A DNA stretch of 27,362 nt from a bacterium (GTDB lineage Bacteria > Sysuimicrobiota > Sysuimicrobiia > Sysuimicrobiales > Humicultoraceae), in the NCBI GenBank assembly GCA_041497675.1, contig JBGQGY010000035.1, forward strand, positions 1-27,362, read 5' to 3'. The notes below the pieces were generated by a model. That model was not told the origin of the DNA and did no database searches. It saw nothing but the letters and a program-made list of their open reading frames with translations. The position numbers were made by a program, and so were the translations under genes. Below are positions 1-7,892 of the stretch, one piece after another; position 1 is the stretch's first letter, and the number at the start of each line of letters is the position of its first letter.

Positions 1-740
1 CGTGGTCGCTGTCCGATCTGATGATCGTCGCCGCCGCCCGCATGCTGACCGGCGCATCGACCGTGCTCGTCGGTATCGGGCAGCCGAACGTGGCGGCCAA
101 CCTGGCGCGGCGGGCGCACAATCCCAACGTTGTGCTGATCTATGAGTCGGGCGTCATCGGCGCGCGGCCTGAACGCATGCCGGTCTCCATTGGCGATCCG
201 GCGCTGGTCACGGGCGCGCAGTGCGTGCTGCCGATGATGGATCTCTTCTCGTTCGTGTTGCAGGGCGGGCACATCGACGTTGGATTCTTGGAAGGTGTAC
301 AGATCGACCGTTTCGGCAACATCAACACCACGGTGATCGGCCCGTACGAGCGCCCGACTGTGCGTCTGGCCGGCAGCGGTGGCGCGTGCGAGATCGCCTC
401 GCTGGCGCGGCGCACGATCATCATGGCCAAGCACGAGCGCCGGCGCTTTCCCGAACGCGTCGATTTTGTGACGAGTCCCGGCTATTTGGGTGGGAAAGCC
501 GAGCGGCGGCGGATCGGGCTTGGCGGTGGGCCCGATGCGGTGATCACCGACCTGGCGATCTTGCGCTTCGATGACGTGACGGGCGAGATGTGCCTCGACA
601 CCGTGCATCCCGGCGTGACCGTCGACAAGGTCCTGGCCGAGACCGGGTGGCCGCTTCGTCTTGCGGCGAGGATCGGCGAAACGCCGCCGCCAACCACCGC
701 CGAGTTGCAGGCCCTGAACCAGCTTCGGGGGTTATCGTAA
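1..740 (+). CDS. Family I CoA-transferase beta subunit (glutaconate CoA-transferase GctB-like), probably 5'-truncated by window edge
   Basis: Frame is open from position 3 (WSLSDLMIVAAAR). Motifs VLVGIGQP, IYESG (catalytic Glu position), QIDRFGNINTT, GSGGA, RRFPERVDFVTSPG, VITDLA. Confidence 0.88.
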   Translation, partial: WSLSDLMIVAAARMLTGASTVLVGIGQPNVAANLARRAHNPNVVLIYESGVIGARPERMPVSIGDPALVTGAQCVLPMMDLFSFVLQGGHIDVGFLEGVQIDRFGNINTTVIGPYERPTVRLAGSGGACEIASLARRTIIMAKHERRRFPERVDFVTSPGYLGGKAERRRIGLGGGPDAVITDLAILRFDDVTGEMCLDTVHPGVTVDKVLAETGWPLRLAARIGETPPPTTAELQALNQLRGLS

Positions 741-818
741 GCGTCAGGATCGGAGCGGGGCGCGGGCATCGTTGAGCGCGGCAGGGACTGCAGTATCCGG
801 CGGGTAATCTCTCGCTAC

Positions 819-1754
819 ATGGCCATCCCACACGGTATTTATGCCATCCTGGCGACGCCGTTTACCGACGACGGCGCCATCGATTTTGCCAGCCTCGACC
901 GTCTGGTCGATTTCGAAGTCGCCGCGGGCGTCCACGGCCTGACGATCCTCGGGATCCTCGGCGAGGCGCACAAGCTGACAGAGGATGAACGCGCGCAGGT
1001 CGTCGAGGCGATCATCCGGCGCGTGGGCGGACGGATCCCCATCGTCGTGGGCACCAGCGCGCCGGCCACCGACCTGGCCATCCGGTACAGCCGGCAGGCA
1101 CAGGATCTCGGCGCGACCGCGTTGATGGTGGCGCCGCCGACCAACCTGCGAAACCTCGATGCGGTCCGCGAGTACTACCGGCGCGTGCACGACGCCACGA
1201 CGGTGCCGATCGTGGTGCAGGATGAGCCGGTATTCTCAGGTGTAGTGATGCCGGCCGCGTTTCTCGCGTCGATCACCGACGCGCTGCCGCGGGCCCGGGC
1301 GATCAAGCTGGAGGAAATCCCGACACCGGTGAAGGCCTCCCAGGTCCTGGCGGCGGCAAAACAGCCCGTCGCCGTGTACGGCGGCATGGGTGGAGTGTAT
1401 TTCTATGAAGAACTGCTGCGGGGCGCGGTCGGCACGATGACCGGCTTCGCCTTCCCCGAAGTACTGGTCGCCCTCTATACGGCCTTCACATCGGGCGATC
1501 GCGTGGGCGCCCGCTCGATCTTCTTCCATTACCTACCGCTGATCAGCTATGAAGGTCAGCCGGTCGTCGGCCTGACGCTGCGCAAGGAGATCTTCCGCCG
1601 GCGCGGTATTATCGCGTCGGCCGCGCTCAGACATCCCGGCGCGGCGCTGGACCCCGGCAGCCGCGCTGAACTCGATGACATCCTGGCCGCGCTCGACCTG
1701 GCCCGCTCCGGCACCGCGCCGATCCGCGTCGGCACGGCCGCCGTGCGTTCGTGA
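819..1754 (+). CDS. Dihydrodipicolinate synthase (DHDPS/NAL) family protein, probably a keto-deoxy-acid dehydratase/aldolase rather than true DapA
   Basis: TPFTDDGAID, GVHGL..LG..GE, PIVVG, Schiff-base Lys in AIKLEE. GTTGE is replaced by GILGE and the catalytic Tyr by Gln (VVQD). Confidence 0.85.
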   Translation: MAIPHGIYAILATPFTDDGAIDFASLDRLVDFEVAAGVHGLTILGILGEAHKLTEDERAQVVEAIIRRVGGRIPIVVGTSAPATDLAIRYSRQAQDLGATALMVAPPTNLRNLDAVREYYRRVHDATTVPIVVQDEPVFSGVVMPAAFLASITDALPRARAIKLEEIPTPVKASQVLAAAKQPVAVYGGMGGVYFYEELLRGAVGTMTGFAFPEVLVALYTAFTSGDRVGARSIFFHYLPLISYEGQPVVGLTLRKEIFRRRGIIASAALRHPGAALDPGSRAELDDILAALDLARSGTAPIRVGTAAVRS

Positions 1755-2755
1755 CGCCGCAGACGCCTCCGCATCCCCGCGTTCTCATTACGGTACCCGG
1801 CTTCGGTCGCGCGGGCGCCGCGCCGCTCGAGCGGCTGGCGGCCGCCGGCTGCGTGGTGATCCCGAACCCCAAGGGCATCCGTCTCACCGAAGACGAGGTG
1901 CTTGGCCTCGTGGGTGACGTCGAGGCGATCATTGCCGGCACTGAGCCGCTGACCGCGCGCGTCATCGCGGCGGCCCCGCGGCTGAAGATCATCGCGCGGC
2001 GCGGTGTGGGGTTCGACGCGGTGGATGTCGAGGCGGCGACCGCCAACGGCATTGTCGTGTCAACCACGGTCGGCGTGCTGTCCGACGCCGTCGCGGATCA
2101 TACGTTTGGTTTGCTGTTGGCCGTGGCACGGCAGATCCCGCTGCTCGACCGGACGGTGAAGGCCGGGAGCTGGGACCGCTCGCCGGCCACGGACGTGCAC
2201 GGGAAAACACTGGGCATCATCGGTCTTGGGGCGATCGGCCGGGCCGTGGCCCGCCGCGGCGGGGGATTCGGCATGCGGCTGCTGGCATACGATGTGGCCC
2301 CGGATCACAACGCGGCGGCGGTGCTGGGGGTGACGCTGCGCGATCTGCCCGCCGTGCTGACGGAAAGCGACTTTCTGACCCTGCACGTCCCGCTGTCGCC
2401 TGCGACCCGCCATGTGATCAACGATGCAACGCTGCGGACCATGAAGCCGACGGCGTTCCTGATCAACACCAGTCGCGGCGACGTGGTCGATGAGGCTGCG
2501 CTGCTGCGCGCGCTGCAGCAAGACCGCCTGGCGGGCGCCGGGCTGGATGTGTTTCACGACGAGCCGGTGCGCGATCGGGCGCTGGTTGCCCTCGACCGGG
2601 TGGTCGCCACCCCGCACGTCGCCTCACACACGCGCGAGACGCTGGCGCTAATGGAGCAGTCGTGCGCCGATGCGGTGCTCGCGGTCCTGAACGGGGAACG
2701 CCCCAAGCACGTGGTCAATCCGGAAGCGTACAACCGACGAATGCCAACACGCTGA
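1751..2755 (+). CDS. D-isomer-specific 2-hydroxyacid dehydrogenase (phosphoglycerate dehydrogenase-like)
   Basis: RRGVGFDAVD, GIIGLGAIG (NAD binding), LHVPL, INTSRG, GAGLDVF..EP, TPHVA. GTG start overlaps the upstream TGA (GTGA). Confidence 0.9.
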   Translation: MTPQTPPHPRVLITVPGFGRAGAAPLERLAAAGCVVIPNPKGIRLTEDEVLGLVGDVEAIIAGTEPLTARVIAAAPRLKIIARRGVGFDAVDVEAATANGIVVSTTVGVLSDAVADHTFGLLLAVARQIPLLDRTVKAGSWDRSPATDVHGKTLGIIGLGAIGRAVARRGGGFGMRLLAYDVAPDHNAAAVLGVTLRDLPAVLTESDFLTLHVPLSPATRHVINDATLRTMKPTAFLINTSRGDVVDEAALLRALQQDRLAGAGLDVFHDEPVRDRALVALDRVVATPHVASHTRETLALMEQSCADAVLAVLNGERPKHVVNPEAYNRRMPTR

Positions 2756-2779
2756 ACAAGAAAAGGCGGCCCGGCCCGC

Positions 2780-3820
2780 ATGCCCAAATCCAAACCCGTC
2801 CACGCGATGATCTCAGAGATTCACGAGCAGCCGGCTGTGCTGACCGGCCTGCTGGCCGAGCACGCGACCGCCATCGGCGAGGTGGCCACCGCGCTGCGCC
2901 GGCGCAAGCCCGCGGTGGTCGTCTTCGTGGCACGCGGCACGTCGCACAATGCGGCCATCTACGGACAATACCTGGTCGAGACACTGCTGCGCGTCCCGGC
3001 GAGTTCGGCGATGCCGTCAGTCACCACGCTGTACGGTCGCGCCCCGGACTGGAGCGCCGGCGCCATCATTGCCATCTCCCAGTCGGGTCGCTCCATGGAC
3101 GTGGCCGAGGTCGTCGCCGAGGCACGCCGGCAGGGTGCGCTTACAGTTGCCCTGACGAATGACCCCGCGTCCCCCCTGGCGCAGGGCAGCGCCCATGTGC
3201 TACCGCTTGCGGCCGGCGAAGAGAAGAGCGTCGCGGCGACCAAGACGTTTACGTCATCGCTGGCGGTTCTGGCCACGCTTGTCACCGGGTGGGGACAGCA
3301 CAAAGACCTGGCGCGTGCCCTGCCCCGGCTGCCGGGAGCCGTCTCCGACGTGCTGGCCCAGGAAGCCACGATCAAAGCCCTCGCCAAGCGTCACGCGAAG
3401 CGCGAGCCTTGGGTGGTGACGACGCGGGGTTATATGCTCGGCGTGGCCGACGAAGCGGCGCTCAAGTTGAAGGAGACGTGTTACGCGGCGGCCGACTCGC
3501 TCTCGGCCGCGGAGATGCTGCACGGGCCGATCGCCGCTCTGGACAAACGCAGCACAGTGGTGATCCTGCTGCCGCCCGGCCGCAGCCGCGTGGGGCTCAT
3601 TGATCTCCGCGTCCAGCTGCGCGGCCGGTCGGTTCCCACGCTGACCTTTGCCTTCGGCGACGATCCCGGCGACGTCGCGATCAACTGCGGACTGCCCGAA
3701 TCGCTTGCGCCAATCGCCGCGGCTAGCGCCGTGCACCTCTTCGCGTACCATCTCTCCGTGGCTCGCGGCATCAATCCCGATCACCCGCGCGGATTGCAGA
3801 AGGTGACCGTAACGCGCTAG
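2780..3820 (+). CDS. Double-SIS-domain sugar-phosphate isomerase/deaminase (isomerising glucosamine-6-phosphate deaminase, NagB-II/GlmD type)
   Basis: M..EIHEQP, ARGTS.NAA, ISQSGRS, AGEEKSVAATK, EAALKLKE, HGP, C-terminal PDHPRGLQKVT. No N-terminal glutaminase domain. Confidence 0.85.
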   Translation: MPKSKPVHAMISEIHEQPAVLTGLLAEHATAIGEVATALRRRKPAVVVFVARGTSHNAAIYGQYLVETLLRVPASSAMPSVTTLYGRAPDWSAGAIIAISQSGRSMDVAEVVAEARRQGALTVALTNDPASPLAQGSAHVLPLAAGEEKSVAATKTFTSSLAVLATLVTGWGQHKDLARALPRLPGAVSDVLAQEATIKALAKRHAKREPWVVTTRGYMLGVADEAALKLKETCYAAADSLSAAEMLHGPIAALDKRSTVVILLPPGRSRVGLIDLRVQLRGRSVPTLTFAFGDDPGDVAINCGLPESLAPIAAASAVHLFAYHLSVARGINPDHPRGLQKVTVTR

Positions 3821-3835
3821 GCTGATCGTCGGACC

Positions 3836-4780
3836 ATGAGCTCGCCCGTTCTCGAGGCATCCGGCCTCACCAAGCGCTACGGTTCGCTTGCCGCCGTGGA
3901 TGGCATCTCCTTCGCCGTCGAACCCGGCGAGTGCTTTGGCTTCCTCGGCCCCAACGGCGCGGGCAAGACCACCACCATGAAAATGATCTACTGCGTGTTG
4001 CCCTCATCGTCGGGTACCCTGCGTGTCTTCGACATGGACGTGCGCGCGCAGCCGCGCGCCATCAAGGCCCGGCTCGGCGTCGTCACCCAGGGCAACACGT
4101 TGGATTCGGCGCTGACGGTGCGCGAGAACCTCATGATCTTCGCGCGCTACTTCGACCTGTCGTGGAGCGTCGCCCGCCGGCGTGCGGCGGAGCTACTGGA
4201 GTTCGCGTCGCTGTCCGATCGGGCCAACGCCAAGGTCGAGCATCTGAGCGGGGGCATGCGCCGGCGCCTGATGGTCGCGCGGGCTCTGGTCCCGCAGCCC
4301 GACCTGCTGATCCTCGACGAACCCACCACCGGCCTCGACCCGCAGGCACGACAGCTGGCATGGGAAAAACTGCGCCAACTCAAGCGCACCGGTGTGACGC
4401 AGATCCTGACCACCCACTATATGGAAGAAGCGGCCGCGCTGTGCGACCGAATCGTCATCGTTGACCAGGGACGGATCGTCGCCGAGGGATCACCCGCGGA
4501 CCTGGTGCGTACCCACGTCGGGCACGAGGTGGTCGAGCTCCGCGGCTTTGAAAGCGATGGCGTGGCGCGCGCGACGCTCGAACGCGTACTCGCGGTGGCC
4601 GGCGACCTCACCGACGCCCACGAGGCGCACGGAGACCTGGTGCTATTCCACACGCGGGACGGCGAAGCGTTGCTGCACCGCATCCGCGAGCATGCGGTGT
4701 CCATCGAAGCCGCCACGCTGCGCCGCGCCACGCTCGAAGACGTGTTCTTGAAACTCACCGGGAGGATGCTGCGCGAGTGA
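3836..4780 (+). CDS. ABC exporter ATP-binding subunit (NodI/DrrA-like)
   Basis: Walker A GPNGAGKTT, signature LSGGMRRRL, Walker B ILDEPTTGLD, TTHYMEEA, C-terminal TLEDVFLKLTG. Confidence 0.93.
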   Translation: MSSPVLEASGLTKRYGSLAAVDGISFAVEPGECFGFLGPNGAGKTTTMKMIYCVLPSSSGTLRVFDMDVRAQPRAIKARLGVVTQGNTLDSALTVRENLMIFARYFDLSWSVARRRAAELLEFASLSDRANAKVEHLSGGMRRRLMVARALVPQPDLLILDEPTTGLDPQARQLAWEKLRQLKRTGVTQILTTHYMEEAAALCDRIVIVDQGRIVAEGSPADLVRTHVGHEVVELRGFESDGVARATLERVLAVAGDLTDAHEAHGDLVLFHTRDGEALLHRIREHAVSIEAATLRRATLEDVFLKLTGRMLRE

Positions 4781-5547
4781 CAACGTTGTTCTGGCCCAAG
4801 GGCGCGTTCCGCTTCTGGCAGCGAAACGCCTTCATCTTCCGCCGCATCTTCCCCGAGTCGATCGCGGTCAACTTCCTTGAACCGGTCATCTACCTGCTGG
4901 CGATGGGGTTGGGGCTCGGCGCCTACCTGAGCACGATCGGTGGGTTGCCGTACCTGGTGTTCGTGGCCACGGGACTCGTTTCGACGTCGGCGATGTTCGG
5001 CGCGACCTTCGAGTGTACGTACAACGCGTACGTCCAGATGTACTATGAGAAGGCCTATGACGCGGTTATCACGACGCCGCTGGGCGTCGAGGACATCGTG
5101 GTCGGCGAGATCTTCTGGGGCGCGACCCGCAGCGTGATGTACGGATCGGTGTTTCTCATCGTCATCACGTTGTTTGGCGTCGTGCGATCGCCGCTCGCGT
5201 TGTTGATCCCGGTACTGTTCTTCGTGTCGGGGTTGATGTTTTCGGTGATCGCGATGATCTTTACGGCCGTAAATCCAAGCATCGACTACTTCACATTCTA
5301 TTTTGCCCTGTTCATCACCCCGATGTTCATGTTCAGCGGTGTCTTCTTTCCCCTTGATGCCCTGCCGGCGTGGGTGAGCACCGCGTCGTGGCTGACGCCG
5401 CTCTCGCACGTGGTGCGCCTGTCGCGCGCGCTGGCACTGGGGACGCTCGAGACCCGGCACCTTTGGGATGTGGCGTGGATGCTCGTCGTCACGGTCGCGC
5501 TCTTTCCGGCGCCGATCGTCTTGATGCGGAGGCGGCTGGTCCAGTAG
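4777..5547 (+). CDS. ABC-2 type permease (NodJ-like)
   Basis: About six hydrophobic segments; EPVIYLLAMGLGLG, FSGVFFPL..LP.W motifs; GTGA overlap with the ATPase gene. Confidence 0.9.
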   Translation: MTTLFWPKGAFRFWQRNAFIFRRIFPESIAVNFLEPVIYLLAMGLGLGAYLSTIGGLPYLVFVATGLVSTSAMFGATFECTYNAYVQMYYEKAYDAVITTPLGVEDIVVGEIFWGATRSVMYGSVFLIVITLFGVVRSPLALLIPVLFFVSGLMFSVIAMIFTAVNPSIDYFTFYFALFITPMFMFSGVFFPLDALPAWVSTASWLTPLSHVVRLSRALALGTLETRHLWDVAWMLVVTVALFPAPIVLMRRRLVQ

Positions 5548-6187
5548 CGCGCGCCCGGCGGCGGTTGTACTGCAACACCTTCGCCCGATTGCCGCAGCCT
5601 TTCATGCTGCACCATCGGCGGCTGAGGTTCTTGCTTCGGTCGAGAAATAGCCATCCGCAGCCTCGGTCGTCGGCACACTGCTTTACCCGGTGCAACTCGG
5701 TGGATGTCAGAAGATCCGCGGCGGACTTCAGCACCGGCCACAGGACACGGTCGAAGTCATCGATACGGCCCGCGATCTCCCAGCCAAACCACCCGGTGTC
5801 CGAACTGGCCCGGGCAGCGATTCGCGAACGTCGCAACGCTCCGGCAAGAGCCCGATTGAGCGCCGCCAGATCTCGACCGGCAGGCGCCTCGCTGTGCGCC
5901 GTACGCCTCATGATCCGATAGATCACCTCGCGCACCGTCACCGCGCGTGCGAGCGCCTCCCGCGCCCGGCGGGGCTGCGCTGAGGCCCGGCCCTTCAGCC
6001 GGGCGGCTTCGTGCCTCGACAGTAGGTTGCCGCGGACGCCCCAGACGACGAGATCTTGATAGTTTCCTAGGGATTCCTTTGGGCGCAGGCTGGCGTGCCA
6101 GTCCGCGGTGTTCGCGAACCGCAGGCACAAGGCCAACCACTCCAAGCCTTCTGCCGGCTGCTTCCACACAACAGTCGTGGTTCTCAC
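5489..6187 (-). CDS. ABATE / CGNR zinc-finger domain protein (putative transcription regulator)
   Basis: LCLRFANT N-terminal motif; C-terminal CADDRGCGWLFLDRSKNLSRRWCSMKGCGNRAK. Start uncertain: GTG 6187 preferred over TTG 6208. The 3' end overlaps the permease 3' end by 59 nt. Confidence 0.9.
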   Translation of the reverse strand: MRTTTVVWKQPAEGLEWLALCLRFANTADWHASLRPKESLGNYQDLVVWGVRGNLLSRHEAARLKGRASAQPRRAREALARAVTVREVIYRIMRRTAHSEAPAGRDLAALNRALAGALRRSRIAARASSDTGWFGWEIAGRIDDFDRVLWPVLKSAADLLTSTELHRVKQCADDRGCGWLFLDRSKNLSRRWCSMKGCGNRAKVLQYNRRRARATGPAASASRRSAPERARP

Positions 6188-6198
6188 GCTTCTATTCT

Positions 6199-6274
6199 TA
6201 ACCCCCAAATCAGCCTTGACAAGTTAATTCCCAGATCGGGATAATGTAACCATCAAACGATCATTAGCAGGTTA
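6199..6274. promoter_or_regulatory. Two copies of a TAACC-N18-RGTTA dyad (6199-6226, 6247-6274), candidate operators, interleaved with a TTGACA-N18-GATAAT promoter (6216-6245) for the dinB gene
   Basis: Read directly: TAACCcccaaatcagccttgacaAGTTA and TAACCatcaaacgatcattagcaGGTTA. AT-rich intergenic region between divergent genes; AGGAGG RBS at 6277-6282. Confidence 0.7.
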
Positions 6275-6288
6275 ACAGGAGGTCCATC

Positions 6289-6756
6289 ATGTCGATCGCG
6301 CGCGTGCTCGGTCACACCCTAAAGTATGCCAATGAAGAGGAAGGATGGATCCACCCGCTGGGGCAGGCCGTTGGAGGTCTGACCGCGGCCCAGGCGGCGT
6401 GGAAGCCGTCCCCGCAGCGCCACTCGATCTGGCAGATCGTCCGTCACGTCATCCACTGGAAGCAGCCCATGGTCGACCGGTGGGACGGCAAACCCGTCCT
6501 CAGCGGCGACGAGCTCAATGCGTCAGACTGGCAGGAGGCCTCCGGCGCTGATGCCGTTTGGCAAACCGACGTCCGCCGGCTACAGGAGCTGCACGAGCAG
6601 GTGCGCCGGCGGGTGGAAGCCGCCGACGATACGACGCTGATGAGTCCCTTCCCCGGGACCAAACAGCCGCGGGCACTGACTATTGGCGATATGACGGTTC
6701 ACGACGGGTACCACGCGGGGCAGATCCGCTACTTGAGGGCACTTCAGGGCGTGTGA
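6289..6756 (+). CDS. DinB/YfiT family putative metalloenzyme
   Basis: LTAAQAAWKP, HSIWQIVRH, HDGYHAGQI (His triad pattern); strong RBS. Confidence 0.88.
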   Translation: MSIARVLGHTLKYANEEEGWIHPLGQAVGGLTAAQAAWKPSPQRHSIWQIVRHVIHWKQPMVDRWDGKPVLSGDELNASDWQEASGADAVWQTDVRRLQELHEQVRRRVEAADDTTLMSPFPGTKQPRALTIGDMTVHDGYHAGQIRYLRALQGV

Positions 6757-6776
6757 ACGAGCGTCTGACCGAACAC

Positions 6777-7892
6777 CTAACCTAAGGGCACGTCGCCGAG
6801 CGCGATCCCCAACTCGCGCGCCGTGCGCACGAGCTCTCCACCCGGCGGGACGCGTTTGGGTTCGGCGATGGCTTCTGCCACCGGCACGTCGATGACGTTG
6901 ACCCCGCGCAGGGCCACCATCATGCCCAGCCGGCCTTCGACCGCGCACTCCACCGCGCGCACGCCAAACCGTGTGGCGAGCAGCCGATCAAACGGCGTGG
7001 GACTACCGCCTCGCTGCAGGTGGCCCAGCACGGTGCAGCGGGTCTCACGATCTGTCGTCTCGGCCAGCATCGTTGCCACCTGCTGCCCAATGCCGCCCAG
7101 ACGGGGCAGACGACCGGGCCCGCCGGCTTCCTGAAAGACCTGCACTCCATCGACCGGGCGGGCGCCCTCGGCGACCACCACGATCGAAAATGGCCGGCCG
7201 CGGCGCGCGCGATCGTCGATCGTCGATACCACGGCGTCCAATCGAAACGGGATCTCGGGAATGAGGACGGAGTTGGCGCCGCCGGCGATCCCTGACTCCA
7301 ACGCGATCCACCCGGCGTTGCGGCCCATCGTCTCCACGACCATCACCCGGTGGTGACTCTCGGCGGTGGAGTGTAGTTTGTCGATCGCCTCGGTGGCAGT
7401 CTCGCGGGCCGTGTCGAACCCAAAGGTCACGTCGGTCGCGGAAATATCGTTGTCGATCGTCTTGGGGATCCCTACGATCGGCGCCCCCATCTGATAGAGG
7501 CTGTGGGCGATGTGCAGCGTCCCGTCGCCGCCGATGACGATCAACGCATCGAGACGCAACGCCTCAAGCCGTTCGAGCACCGTCTTTGACGCGTCGATCA
7601 CCTCAGCGTGACCGTCGCGTGTGACCGTCCAGGCGAAGGGGTTCCCGCGATTCGAGGTCCCCAGAATCGTGCCGCCGTGGGTGAGGATGCCACGCACGTC
7701 ATCGAGATTCAACAGGCGCGTGCGCTGATTCAGCAGACCGTCGAATCCATCTTCGATGCCGATGACGTCGCAACGGTATTGCCGCACGGCCGATAGCACA
7801 ACCGCGCGGATGACCGCGTTGAGCCCGGGACAGTCGCCGCCGCCGGTGAGCAGCCCGATCCGCCGACGTTGTTGCACGGACGTCGGGGTCAA
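6777..7892 (-). CDS. pfkA: 6-phosphofructokinase, PfkA family (group III-like, predicted ATP-dependent)
   Basis: LTGGGDCPGLNAVIR, GGTILGTS, IGGDGT, PKTIDND, VETMGR, LGHLQRGG. Start is TTG 7892 (overlapping the pckA stop) or GTG 7877. Confidence 0.95.
   Translation of the reverse strand: MTPTSVQQRRRIGLLTGGGDCPGLNAVIRAVVLSAVRQYRCDVIGIEDGFDGLLNQRTRLLNLDDVRGILTHGGTILGTSNRGNPFAWTVTRDGHAEVIDASKTVLERLEALRLDALIVIGGDGTLHIAHSLYQMGAPIVGIPKTIDNDISATDVTFGFDTARETATEAIDKLHSTAESHHRVMVVETMGRNAGWIALESGIAGGANSVLIPEIPFRLDAVVSTIDDRARRGRPFSIVVVAEGARPVDGVQVFQEAGGPGRLPRLGGIGQQVATMLAETTDRETRCTVLGHLQRGGSPTPFDRLLATRFGVRAVECAVEGRLGMMVALRGVNVIDVPVAEAIAEPKRVPPGGELVRTARELGIALGDVPLG

Noticed and set aside
2780..3820. glmS
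   Set aside because: No N-terminal Cys glutaminase domain; SIS domains only.
3836..5547. nodI/nodJ implying Nod-factor export
   Set aside because: No nodABC in the window; NodIJ-like ABC-2 exporters are widespread.
5489..5547. 59-nt convergent overlap of the CGNR gene and the permease as antisense regulation
   Set aside because: The overlap encodes only a low-complexity tail after the zinc finger; most simply a drifted stop codon.
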